Assembly (NCBI GenBank): GCA_977018835.1
Contig: OZ361257.1
Span: forward strand, 2,666,001-2,730,000
Length of the DNA stretch: 64,000 bases
From: Minutocellus sp. GHC0000111
Taxonomy: Eukaryota
Direction of reading: 5' to 3'
Both the position numbers and the translations under genes were made by a program. Below the pieces are notes generated by a model. That model was not told where the DNA came from. It did not search any database and was given only the letters and a program-made list of their open reading frames with translations. Within the stretch, counting starts at the first letter, position 1, and every line of letters begins with the position of its first letter. Positions 1 through 11,733 of the stretch are shown here, piece by piece.

Positions 1-3000
1 GCGGTAGTTGGTCGTTTCGATTGAAAGAATGTGCTCGTCCTTGTTCCATGTGGAGGGCTGCAGTGAGGCAGTCATTGTGAGGGAGGGATAGACGGGGACG
101 TTGAGCATCTTTCGTAGCCATCGGACGCGCGGGGTAGCAGGCGATGGTTGGGCCTTCTCTTCGAGGAGCTCATACCGGAAGAGCATCTTGTCGTCCTCCA
201 CCCGAGGTCCTAATTCGAATCGGAATCTCAGTAGTGCCGCCGGGATGAATGATGTCGCCCTCGAGAGGAACGCTCATCAAAGTGCCGCTTGGTCCGATGC
301 AAAGAGACGTAGCCTTTGCTTCGTTGGCATCACCGGCCGAAGACTCCCCTTTGGATACGATGCTGATCCAAGGAACGTTGGTCTTGAGGACGACATTGCG
401 TGCGGATGCAGTGCCGATATTCGACACACGAAGTGTCCAGTCGCTCACCTGGCCCTGAAGAGTGGCCCCGCCGTGAGGCTCGGCAGTATCTGCAGCTTCT
501 GATCGAACTTTTGGAATAAGATCGACAATGAGTCTCGGCATATCTCCTTCGACCTTGGACTCCAGCAGATGGGATTTGCCACGAATCCGGTTCGCACGGT
601 TGTGCCTTGTATCTTGGAGAAGAGGGCCTTCAATGTAGAAGCGATGGTATACCCAGATCTCTCCGAATAGCTTGCATCGAACTCCTACTATTTCGAGGTC
701 ACCTTGTACGAGGGGGCAGATTCCAAGCTCGAGCGATGTGGATGTACCAGGTTCCATCGCTAGGTCTGTCTTGGTAACAACAAAGAATGGCCCTCCTTGT
801 GCAAGGTGAGCAGGATGCCAGGACCACTGCTCCTCTGGAGACGACACTCGCGCAAATTCTGGGATGGAGTAGGTGGAATCAGATCCTCCAAATTTCCAGG
901 ATTTGTTCTTGGCTCCGGTCGGCGCATCGTCGGAGCTATCGATCTCAACAGCACCTTCGTTGGTGCAAGAACGAGACGTTTCGCCACAAGTCATACGCGC
1001 CACAAGTTGCACATCGGTCGCACGGATGGGCACACAAAGAGGATTGGTAAGGTCGAACGTCACCAGGAGAGGCTCCATCTTTGCTCTCTTTTCGGGTGCA
1101 CCTACATTGCCTCCCTTTCGTTTTGTGCGGGCAGCGAATGCAAGCTCGGTCTTTTCTTTGTCGATCTCGGTAATAACACGCTCGATTTGGTCGGTGGCAG
1201 AGAATACAGAATCAGATTTGGCAATGATGTCGGAGGCCCTCAGTTCGGCAGCCACTGAGCACATCATGTCTTGCCACTCGGTCTCCGACCCAGCAGACGC
1301 TGTACCGAGGCTTCCACCAGCGGCAGTATCTTGGCCATTGCTAACGATGGAGTCCATTCTCTCGACGACGGCGGCCGATGTCGGTGAGCCTTCCGCTCCA
1401 TCAACGCCAATGGTGACAGTGGAGTCATCGATTCGAGGTAAATCCATTGCGGGAATCTCTAGAACTTTTTCGGCACCAGGTGTCGAAACCAGAACCTCGC
1501 TGCAAGGGTCGACCGCCTTTCCGGGTGCATCAGTGAGACGTCGCATTCCTTCCGCTCCCTCCATGGCCTTATCGCTGAAGTCACGGCAGATAGCAGACAG
1601 ATGGTTGAGGAACTTTTGCTGACTTCGCACGCTGACGCGTCCCCCTCCTGTTGTTCCAACCAAGCCCGCATACAATCGTAAACTTGTGCTCATGCGGCCC
1701 ATGCCGTAGAGCTGAGCCGCCAGAGCACTTCTGAGATGATTGTAGAGTTCGTCCCATTTGCCTGATCGGTAGACATACAAGGAACTGGCGAAGCATCGAA
1801 AGGCATGCGACTCCTGCCCGGCAGATCGAAACATGTGCCCAGCCATAAGCATGTGAAAGGCATATTTCCTGGCCGCGGTAGCTTTGTAGTAATGTGAAGC
1901 ACTTTGCTCGAGAAGAACTGCGGCTCCGAGAGCAGTCTCGTGAGAAGAGGCCGATGCGAGTAGATCGGCAATCTCCATTGGACGGTCGACGCAAAGCTCA
2001 CGCCTGGCGCTCAACACAAGGCACAGACGAGAAGCGAGACGAGTCGAGATGGTGCTTGCAGATGGTCTCCCACCGCTTTCACCCCCAGCCTTGGACAATG
2101 CTGCACGTTTATCCTCAGCCGCTCGTTGATATCCACAAAAGGCAGTCTCGAGGCAGTTGTAAGCCTCTCGGCCGTACCTGTGGCCGTAGGGGTCAATGAG
2201 ATAAATGCACAGCCCCATCAATTCATTGACAGACGCGTGGTGAAGGTGGGCGCGGTCCTGTTTGTAGTCGTCTTTGACCAAGCGATACATACTCAGAGCA
2301 CTCTCGTAGTCTCGCATCAGAAAGAGGGTGTCGGCGAGGAGTCGAGTTTGCGACTCGATGGATGAAAAGGGATATCCGCCGGTGGCCGTGGCATTCACGG
2401 CGGTTGCGGTACCGTTGGCACCATGATAGCTTTCTCCGCTGCTTTCCTTCGACTTGCGGAAGAATCCCTTCATCATGTTCTTCATTCCCTTCTTGTGATT
2501 GGACACCTGGATGTTGAGGTTGGATATCCGTCGCTCGACCGCCGGGAGGAGAGAAGACGACACCAGCGACCCGACGTACCGCCGCAGATTTTCAATGTCC
2601 ACGGGAGAAAGCTGATTGCCCAAAGACGCATAATCGACCGGCGATGCCGCGGAACCATCACTACTGGGCGTCGGAAAGAGCAGCTTCGGCCGAGGAATGT
2701 GCGTGGCCCACTCCAAATTCTCTCCCTCCTCCTTGGTCGCGCCGCCACTGTTGACCCGGACCACCGCGCAGCATCCAACACCAAATCGACCTTGTATCTC
2801 CTTCATCATGAGTCCCTCTCCGGCAAAATTGGACGGGCCGTCGGTATTGTCGTGCAAGACCACAAATTCTCTCCGCAGCGAGTTGGGATCGTACCGGCCA
2901 TCGTGATACGGTCTCGGCAAAAAGTGCGGATTGGCCAACTCAGCCAGTGCATCCACCGGCACGGCATCGTTGGTGCAGGCAATGAGCATCACCAACGGGG

Positions 3001-5149
3001 GGCAGGCCAAGAAGTCGTGCGTCGAATTCGTCCCCGTGCTGGTCCGATCCAGAGCGTTGCGAAATCGCAGCAACCACGGGATGGTCGGGGGCGACGTCAG
3101 CGCGTACGCCGCATCGGCCGCGCTCTGGGCCGGGCTGGCCACGTCGGACGTCGACGAGAAGGAATCCTCGTGCAGCAGCGCCGCTTGGTGGGGGGCGGTC
3201 GTTCCGGAGCTGGACTGGGCCCCCTCCATGGTCGAAGCACCGCCATCAGCCCCAAACGACATCGTTCCACCGTCCGCTGCTTCGCCGGACGCTGCTCCGT
3301 GCGGTGACTGCTGCTCCCCATCCCCATCACCATGGTCGTGATGACTGTATCCCACCTCCCCAAACAACCCCTTCTTCTTTTTGGCCGCCCTTCCACCGTC
3401 CAAATCTTGCGCCACCACATCCCCCACCCGTCCCTCCAACTCTTCAATCTCCTCGTCCAAATTGCCATCCTGACCCCAAACGTTGGCACAGTGGGCCAGA
3501 TCGGCCTCGGTGGCCGTCATGTAGGTTGGGTCCAGGGTAACGTCCAAATCGGCCACATCGACGAACCGGATGGCCATCTGATCCCATGTCAGCATCATGC
3601 TTCTGCCTACGGACCGAAAGGGGGGCAGACGCGGCACGGCGTTGGGATTGTTGTTTCCGACGGAGCCATGGATGGTGTTTCCCACGTAGGTAAACAGTTC
3701 CGCCAAGGTGAGGTTGTTCTTGGTGGCCAGATGGCGTGCCGCCTCGGTGGCCAAAATGAGGATGGGGATGGACGATTGGGCGCGCGATAGGGTGGCCAGG
3801 GGGGGCGTTACCAGACTGGCCGGGAGGGGTCCCGGTGGGGGCGGTGCCGGGATGGTCGGTCGGGTGGTTGTGGTGGATGATGTCTTGGGTGATTCTGGTT
3901 TGCTGCTGGTTGCTGTTGCTGTTGTTGTTGTGGATACCGGAGGCGGCGGAGGAGGCGGAGGCACTGCTGCTGCTGCTGAAGCCCCCACCGGAGCCACAGC
4001 TGGAGCCATACCAGTGGCAGCAGGCACAGCCGGAGGAGGAGGCGGCGGCGGGGGCGGGGGCATGGCCGCCACCACGTGCGATTGGTTGAGCGACTGGGCG
4101 AAGCTGCCGCTCCGTGGTGCCGCTTCCGCTTCGGGCTGCTGCTGCAGCGATGCCTCCACACCACTTCTTGACACACCAGCTCCAGCTGCCGTTCCAGCTC
4201 CAAGCCCATCCGTCGCAAAGTACTCCGCCGTCGCCGAACCTCCCGTCGTCTCCTTTGCTGTTGCAGCCTGCTGCTGCTGCTGCTGCTGTGGAACCTGCCC
4301 CTCCTCGTAATAATACTCCGGCCCCCCATCGCCGTCCTCCACCCGGGCGATGCTCCCCAACGTTTCGGCGGCGCCGCTCACGGCACTTCCCGCGGCACTG
4401 ACGACGCCCCTCAGCGTGTCGTTGCTGGCCGCCGTGGCGCTCACGGTGGAGGCGGCGGCGGTCGCGGCGGCGGTGGCGCGGGCCAACACTTCGCTGGAGG
4501 AGGCCACGCTCGATAAGTACGAGAGGGAGGCGCCGAGGCTCACGGAGGAGCCGGTGGAGGTGGGAGGTGCTGTAGCTGCTGCACTGGCAGTTGGACCCGC
4601 CGCCGGCGCCAGCGTCCCGGGGGGCAAGTTGCCGCTGTTGGGCGCCGAATCCAGCACGGGGATGGCCTCGCTCACCGTGTGGGGCTGGGCCTTCTTGCCG
4701 CTACCGGGTGGAGATGCCGCCTTGGCAGTAGAGCCAGTATTATTAGGTGGAGCTGCGGCGGCGGTCGGTACCGAGGCAGAGGCAGACGGGCCGATGGGAG
4801 TTACCACCGCACCAGCGCCAGTATCAACGCCAGTATTGATGGCTGCAGACCCAGTCGGTGGGGCCGAGAGGGATGCCGCGGGTGGACCCGGCGGCGGGGC
4901 GACGATGGAGATACCGGTGCCTCCCACAGTCGCGGCAGCAGCAACGGCACCGGTGGCAGCAGTGTTCGGCGCCGACGTGGAGACCGACGGCGGCGGCACT
5001 TGCTGCTGCTGCATCGGAGGAGGCGGCGGGACGGCGGCACTCGTTTCGGCGGCATTACCTGGTGGATTGGCGGTGGAAGCAACCGGAGGTGGAGGCGGAG
5101 GCTGACCCCCACCTGCGCCGTTGTCGTTGCCGCCCGTATCTTGCGCCAT
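1..5149 (-). CDS. TRAPPC8: Trafficking protein particle complex III subunit 8 (Trs85) homolog; 3' end runs off the window, frameshift near 187
   Basis: Long ORF from the ATG at 5149 with a Pro/Ala-rich N-terminus and TRAPPC8 motifs (LLPAVERRISNLN, SIESQTRLLADTLFLMRDYESALSMYRLVKDDYKQD, RKYAFHMLMAGHMF, FDLTNPL). Homology-like sequence continues in another frame after GGGRQD (MLFRYE...HILSIETTNYR) to position 1. Confidence 0.88.
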
Positions 5150-5448
5150 GGTTGCGGCTGCACAAAAATGATAAATGAACACAAGATGTGGTCGATTCGA
5201 GTCGAGTCGAGTCGAGTCAGTCGAAGGAGCCCTTTCATGTTGCTTTGGTCTGTGCGGCGTCCAGCTGACGCTCTTTGGCGCGAAAAGACCGTCTGGGAAA
5301 GAAAGCGAAAAGCAAGCAAGAAGCAAGCGCGGGCTTGATATGAGCATAGAATCATCGTCATCCTCTTGATTGCCAAGCAGACAGCATATTCTAATATATC
5401 TACAAAAGAGTGCGAGCCAGAGAAGGCATATTACGTGTACAGCCAAGC

Positions 5449-6645
5449 ATGAACACCAAATCATCCTCGTCCTTTCGGCTCCTCCTGGCGGCCACCACCG
5501 CCGCTCTGCTTTTCGTCGTCGTCGTCCTCCCAGCATGCCCAGCCGGACCAAACGATGAAGCGCCCACCTGCGAACAGAACGGTGGCTGCTGCGCCATAGT
5601 CCCACCAGACCGGTGCTGTCCCTGCAATGACTTTGGGTGCCTCCTCGGCAACTGCGTCTTTGCCATCAACTATTCCGAGGAGGGCTGCGAGGAGTCCAAG
5701 TCGGCCCTCGCCCTCAACGCCTATCTGCAGTACGAGAACTACACCATCAGCGCCACCAAGGAAATGGCCTGCGCCGAGGCCATGATGTGTCGGATCGACC
5801 CGAACAACCAGGAGGCCTGCCCGCCCGACATGATGGCCGAGTTCGACGTGCAGCTCAAAATCGAACCCACCACGGGCAACATCGTCAACCTGCTCGGTTC
5901 CAACAGTTCCCGTCCTCAGGGACCCGACGTATGTCTCCCCAGCCGTCGGTGGTACAAGGACTGCTACTGGTCGTACTGGACTTTGGATGATCTGCGCACC
6001 CAACCCGAGATCATGGCCAACGACAACCCGGCCGATCTGGCCATGATGGAGAACTACGCCTACCTGGCCTACTACGAGGACGATGCCTGCACCGACCTGG
6101 CCAGCGTTGTCCCCACCGCAACGGGCATGACGTTGGAATTCCCACCCGCTTCCAATTCCCAGCTCAGTTGTCAGTTGCAGGCCATGTGCGCCGTCGATCC
6201 TGAGTCGGCAGCATGCTCCGCGATCCGCGATGCCAACGCTGAAGTGGCCCAGGTCAATCTGGAAACACGCGTCGACACAACCACCGGTGCCGTCGACGTG
6301 TACGAGTGCGATACGTCCAACGCCGCCGCCGGTCAGGACGAGTGTGCCCTCAAAACTCCCTCGGACTGCGTTCAGAGTTCCATCTACTCCAACTGTCACT
6401 TCCGATACTTGAGTGGAAATACCTTGGCGCAGAATCCACGCTTCTTGGTAGGGGAGGTCGATGCTACTACGGATACTCCTCCCGATGAAGACGAGGGAGA
6501 AATGGATGGACCTGATGATACTGTGCCTCCTTCTGGGGAAGAGGAAGGCGGCGCAGGTGACGAGTCCACCACCTCGTCGGCAAATGATACCTTTGTGTCC
6601 TTTCTCAATGGTGCCATCGGAACAATTGTTGCCGGTAGCATTTAA
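5449..6645 (+). CDS. Secreted/surface cysteine-rich protein with an internal repeat and an acidic C-terminal linker
   Basis: Signal-peptide-like N-terminus; two related Cys-containing units (YSEEGCEES...CAEAMMCRIDP and YYEDDACTDL...CQLQAMCAVDP); hydrophobic tail, possibly a GPI signal. Confidence 0.7.
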   Translation: MNTKSSSSFRLLLAATTAALLFVVVVLPACPAGPNDEAPTCEQNGGCCAIVPPDRCCPCNDFGCLLGNCVFAINYSEEGCEESKSALALNAYLQYENYTISATKEMACAEAMMCRIDPNNQEACPPDMMAEFDVQLKIEPTTGNIVNLLGSNSSRPQGPDVCLPSRRWYKDCYWSYWTLDDLRTQPEIMANDNPADLAMMENYAYLAYYEDDACTDLASVVPTATGMTLEFPPASNSQLSCQLQAMCAVDPESAACSAIRDANAEVAQVNLETRVDTTTGAVDVYECDTSNAAAGQDECALKTPSDCVQSSIYSNCHFRYLSGNTLAQNPRFLVGEVDATTDTPPDEDEGEMDGPDDTVPPSGEEEGGAGDESTTSSANDTFVSFLNGAIGTIVAGSI

Positions 6646-6855
6646 ATTGTGGTGATTCATCTAGCGTAATCATCGAGCCAGGAGACACGTTTCACATACG
6701 TGTACTAGCTGCATGTAGGCCTACGTAGTACATTGTTTCTCGTGACTAAATCAATTTCCTTAAAATGGTGACTATTGTACAGTAGAATATTCACCTCATA
6801 GTAGAATCTTTGCTCAGATGTCTATCAAGAGGTAATGTCCAGCATGAATTATAGT

Positions 6856-8753
6856 TCATACGATGTTACCGGAACTAGGTGTGTATGCTACAATGGGAGA
6901 GGACGATGGCCGCATCGATGGCATGTAAACTTCAAAGATGTACATAATCATTGATACGGCGATGCATGCATATCCTGTTGTGGCAATAACCCAAAATTGT
7001 TCTGGTTTGTTGAAGAAGAGCCCTAAGCACCCAGACAGCATTGTGAAAAATGAATTCAACGACTGCTGTGTGCCACCAATCAAACCTCGTAAGCCATCAG
7101 CAACATTTTGTTGGTAGATGAGGGTGTAAGATATGTCAAATACCCATAATCCTATGCGACTGATGGCGGCGCTAACTACTAGCAAAATGGTGGAATTCAT
7201 GAAAAACGAGGCACAAGCCAGCGTTAGCCATAGAAACAAGTATACGATGCTCCAGGCTCCCGTGTTGACCACGGTGGTGCGTCGTGCAGAGAACTTGTAC
7301 GCAAAGGTCCCTGCCAAACCAATGGCACTGCTGAGACCTCGCCACAACCCAACCTGCTCTATTGGCATCCCATCCCACAAGAGATAGGTCGTCATGGCGC
7401 CTCCAAAACACAAGGCGTTGCTGTTGACAAAGGCGTAACTTAGCCCTGCCCAAACAATTGGCTGCTCCAGATACAGTGATATTGCTCTTCTAATTGAGAT
7501 TCTTTCCCGGTTTTCAAAAATTTCCTTATTCTCTTCTGCATCTCTGTCATCATCTTTCCAATTCTCTTCGGCCTTGTTCCCGCCACCGTCATCATTGTCA
7601 TCGTCGTCGTCATCATAATCATCGCCCGTATTTGCAGGCAAATGGTCTTCTCTATGTTCACCACACTCTTGAAGAGCGGGCACAAGACGATAAATCTGCA
7701 CCGAGCATATGTATTCAACGCACAGGGATGTTACGCAGAGCACTCCCACCAATATGGCAGCGTTGTGCAAAACACAGAAGTGGCCGTGGTCCTGAGGAAT
7801 TAAATTGCCATCCCCTACGACCCAGCCAGCAAAAGTGGGCGAAATTACTTTGCATGTGAGGTACACCTGCCTCAATAAGACGTTAGTTTGGCTAAGCCAA
7901 GCCTCAGGGTCGGGCGCTTGCTGGCTCAATACAACTATCCAATCTCGCTCGACTGCCACGACAAAACCCTCATCGCCAAAGAGCCAAAGATATGTATGGT
8001 GACTATCAGTACAATCGAAAGTGCATCGTGGGGAATAATTTTCGGGGAAGCATGTTTTGGTTCACCACTTATCATAGTAGTATTGCTTGCATTCGTAGTG
8101 TCTGTTTCTGTGTCAAATACGTGGTGCTGCTGGGCGATGTGTTCGGTCTTGGTAAGTAGCCAGCAGCAAGCAATGCTCGCCACTAGGACGGATGTGTTTT
8201 CGATTCCAATGCAAAGCCGCGCCGCCCTCAGCCGATCGCTTCGATCCAGAAATGCTCCTATGGATGAGCCAAACAGCATGACGGCGATGTAGGTTGTCAA
8301 ATAGTATGAAGACACTAGCAGAATAGAATGATAGTTGGATACTGCCGCCAGGAATAGGACGACGGCAAACTGCCAGGCGCATTCCGAGAATTGAGAAACA
8401 AAGTGCGATGCATAGATCAGGCGTCGGGCCCGCTGGATGTTTGGAGGAGCTACGACATGTAGATTGCTTGGAGCAGGCGTCCCGTCGATTCTGCTGTTGC
8501 AGTTTCGTCTGAAAGCATTACCAAAATCAACGCGATCGTCACGCTGGGCCCCGCTCCTATCTTTTGGTCCTTTCGCGCGTAACTCGAGGTCACCGTCGCT
8601 GCTGCTGTTGGTTTGGACAGCGCCAGGAGCATGCCGGTCTGGCGAGGACTGGTCGTCGTCATCATCCCGATCATGTACCGCGTCGTATGTTGGCATGACA
8701 CTGCTGCTGCTACTGCTGCTGCTGCTGCTGGGAGTTAGGGGCTCATTTATCAT
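6856..8753 (-). CDS. SLC40A1: Ferroportin (SLC40/IREG) family metal exporter, frameshifted near 7965
   Basis: ORF 8753-7935 carries IYASHFVSQFSECAWQFAVVLFL and ORF 7959-6856 carries VERDWIVV, SRIGLWVFD and IGGTQQSLNSFF; these are consecutive ferroportin segments in different frames. Confidence 0.85.
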
Positions 8754-9196
8754 GACATGGCATGGTCAAATGAGACGTAGACGGTGCTGTTCGTGGCTGC
8801 TCGCCTCCCAGCTGCTGCTGCAGCTCCCAGCTGATCCGATCAATACAGCCAGATTGGGCCAGTTGACTTGATCCGATCCAGCATACAGCCAGATTGATAT
8901 TTACTTTTGAAGAGTAGTTTAAATATTGAGAAAATACGATCGTAAAATATTTTATCATCTTTTAATCAATATAGGATAATGCTTTTCCGTAACAAATATT
9001 CATTTTAAGTCACTCTAAAATCATGCGATTGTGTCAGATGTGCAGGAAAGAGGCTTTTTGCTCCAATGAAGTCGGCTCTTGCGAGGATCTTTATCGGCGG
9101 ACACTTACTCTAGTAGTTACATAGTTGCGCAACAAAGCCATTCATTTTGGAAAAAGATTCGTTTCAACCATCTCGAACTATACCATAACGCCAACG

Positions 9197-11401
9197 ATGA
9201 AGTTTGTTGTGGCCGCCCTCTTTCTTACTCTCCCTTCTGCTTCCGTTCTCGCCGACGACGACTCGGCGGGAATGATTTCGGGCAACACTCCTCAGGTTGA
9301 TGCCGAAGCTCTCCAGGCAGCCATCGACTGCAACCGTCAGCACGGACCACTCAAGTTCCTCCTACTAGGAAATGAGGCTGTGACTGCGGCCATCGAGGAT
9401 GATATCCGCCGTGATTTGGCCGAGATTGGTTTGTGAGTGAGCATTCTGTATATGTTTATACTGGCTACATGTATCTTGTTGGAGCATTGTGTACAATTGT
9501 AGGCATTGTAGCAACGCATCGATTTTTCTTCTTTCGCGCGACCATATTATTATCATCATTGTATATTTTGAATGCGTCTTAAAGATTTTAGATTCAAGTG
9601 CTCTCTTTCATTTGTTTTGGCTCACTCTTCGACTTTCGTGTACTTGTATTCATTCACCGTCTCAACATTCACTACATGTAGCACTGTCGAGGCTGAGACC
9701 CTCTCCAAGGCCGCGATCAACGTGAAGCGTCAGGCCGGTGACTTCCATTTCTCGATTTCCGAGACCTGGGGTACACCTTATGATCCTGCGTCGTTCGCCT
9801 CTGGCTGGGTCGACGGCAAGGGAGGAGAGGGTGTCTACCCAGCCATGGTCAACTTCGAGGCGCCGGCCTCGCGCGAGGAGCTCCTCAAGATGGTCAAGCG
9901 CATGATGAAGGAAGACGATCCCAAGGCTCTTGCCGAGAGGTGGTCCGAAATTCACGCCTACTACCACTCCCAGGCCGTCATGTTGCCCCTTTGGGGCAAG
10001 CGTATCCCCACCCTGCTGAACACGCGCCTGACCAACTACCAGGCCGGATATCAGCAGTTCGACTACCCCGTTCACAAGCTGGTACCCCTGACCGGATCTA
10101 CCACTATCACCATAGCACCAGGTGCTCGGACCGGCCTTTTCAATACCGTCGGACATCTCGACGCTCATACCTACGGACCCAACGAGTTCTTTTCCAGCAA
10201 CTGGGTCTACGAAGGTCTCGTCGCGTATGGTCAGGGCGGACAGATCCTTCCATCTCTTGCCACCTCATGGACCATCGAAGAGAACGACATTGGAGGCGAC
10301 ACGTACACCTTCACCCTTCGTGAGAACGTCCTCTTCCACGACGGTACCCCCTGGAACTGCGACGCCGCCAAGCTCAACTTCGACCATTTGTTCGCCGGCG
10401 AGCTCGGTAGCACCAAGCACGGATGGTACGGCGTTGGACAGCACACAGAAAGTTGGTTCTGCAATGGTGATATGGAATTCGTCCTTGAGACCAATCAGAA
10501 GCACGGTCCCTATCTTCAGGAGCTGACCCTTATTCGTCCCATTCGCATGATTTCTCCCGCCGCCTTTGTCGATGGGGGAGCTGATCCCATCAAGGCCAAC
10601 TCGTGCCAGCTTGCATGGGGAATTATTGATGGCAACGAATTCTCCGAAGATGTTGTTTGCGCTGGTATCGCCGGAATCTACGGCACTGGACCCTTCGTCT
10701 TCCAGTCAAGAGATTCAGTCACCGACGGAGCTGGAGATCAGTATGATAATGAGGTGGTTTTTACCTCCAATCCAAACTACTGGGGCGGGGCCCCCGCCTT
10801 CGAACGCCTTGTCGTCCAACGTTATGAAACGTCCGAGGACGTCAAGACTGCTCTCTTGAGTGGAGAGCTAGACATCGTTTGGGGTGCCGGTGTTCTTAGT
10901 GACAGCGACATCTTCGAGATCGAGAACGATGTTGAGCTACAGAAAGATGTCCGAGTGTTCCATTCTGATGCGCTTCAGAACGTCATCCTCATCCTCAACA
11001 GTGGACAACCTCCATTCGACGACATCAATGTTCGCAAAACCGTCATCCATTCCATCAACAAATCGGCCTTCGTCGAGAAGGAGCTCAAGGGTCTCCAATC
11101 GGTTGTTGACAATGTATTTCCTCGTGAGTCGCCATACTGTGACGTCGACCTGACCCCCCGATGGGATTATGATTTCGAGAAGGCTGTCTTGTTGAGCTGC
11201 GCCAATTCGCGTGAAGCGATGGGCTCACAGATTAGAGGCTCGACGACGGAAACTAACAAATCACTCGCCCTAGGGCTCGGCCTTGGTCTTGGCCTAGGTT
11301 TGCTCGCAATGGTTGCCATTGCCTTTGTCCTATACAGGCGCAACAGAAACTTGGAGGGTCAGCTTGAACTTCAAAAGAAAGAGAGCGCTGTGCACGCCTA
11401 A
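9197..11401 (+). CDS. NikA-like family-5 solute-binding protein, circularly permuted, with signal peptide and C-terminal TM anchor; 2 exons (9197-9432, 9682-11401)
   Basis: A GT..AG intron at 9433-9681 joins EIG-F-TVEAE in frame. Motifs: ETWGTPYDP, LDAHTYGPNEFFSSNWVYEGLV, FTLRENVLFHDG, YLQELTLIRPIRMISP, GTGPF, NPNYWG, FDDINVRK. TM segment LALGLGLGLGLGLLAMVAIAFVLY. Confidence 0.85.
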
Positions 11402-11733
11402 GTCGCAGTGGTTTAGATTACAAGTAGATTCAATTATGATTTCAACCAAAGCTTTTGTTATAATATTATTGTTATTCATCTCTTTCCTTTCATCCGCAAA
11501 AACTGAATCAATCTCTTTTATCAACCGCTAGTATCAATCAAGCCAATCGTAATCATAATCATCCTCACCGCATCAAACCGAATCGAATCGAAATATATGT
11601 ACAAATCCCATCTGCATTGTTGCTAAAATCTTTTTTCCGTTTCTCAAGTATCATTTGGAGTCTGACATTGCCATACCCAACATCTGTGGCTGTCTGATAC
11701 CGACTGATTGTCGTCGACATAGGCGTCAGACGA

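Noticed and set aside
5150..5605. N-terminal extension of the TRAPPC8 ORF
   Set aside because: It overlaps the divergent gene and promoter-like DNA with a GAGTC microrepeat; the ATG at 5149 is the more plausible start.
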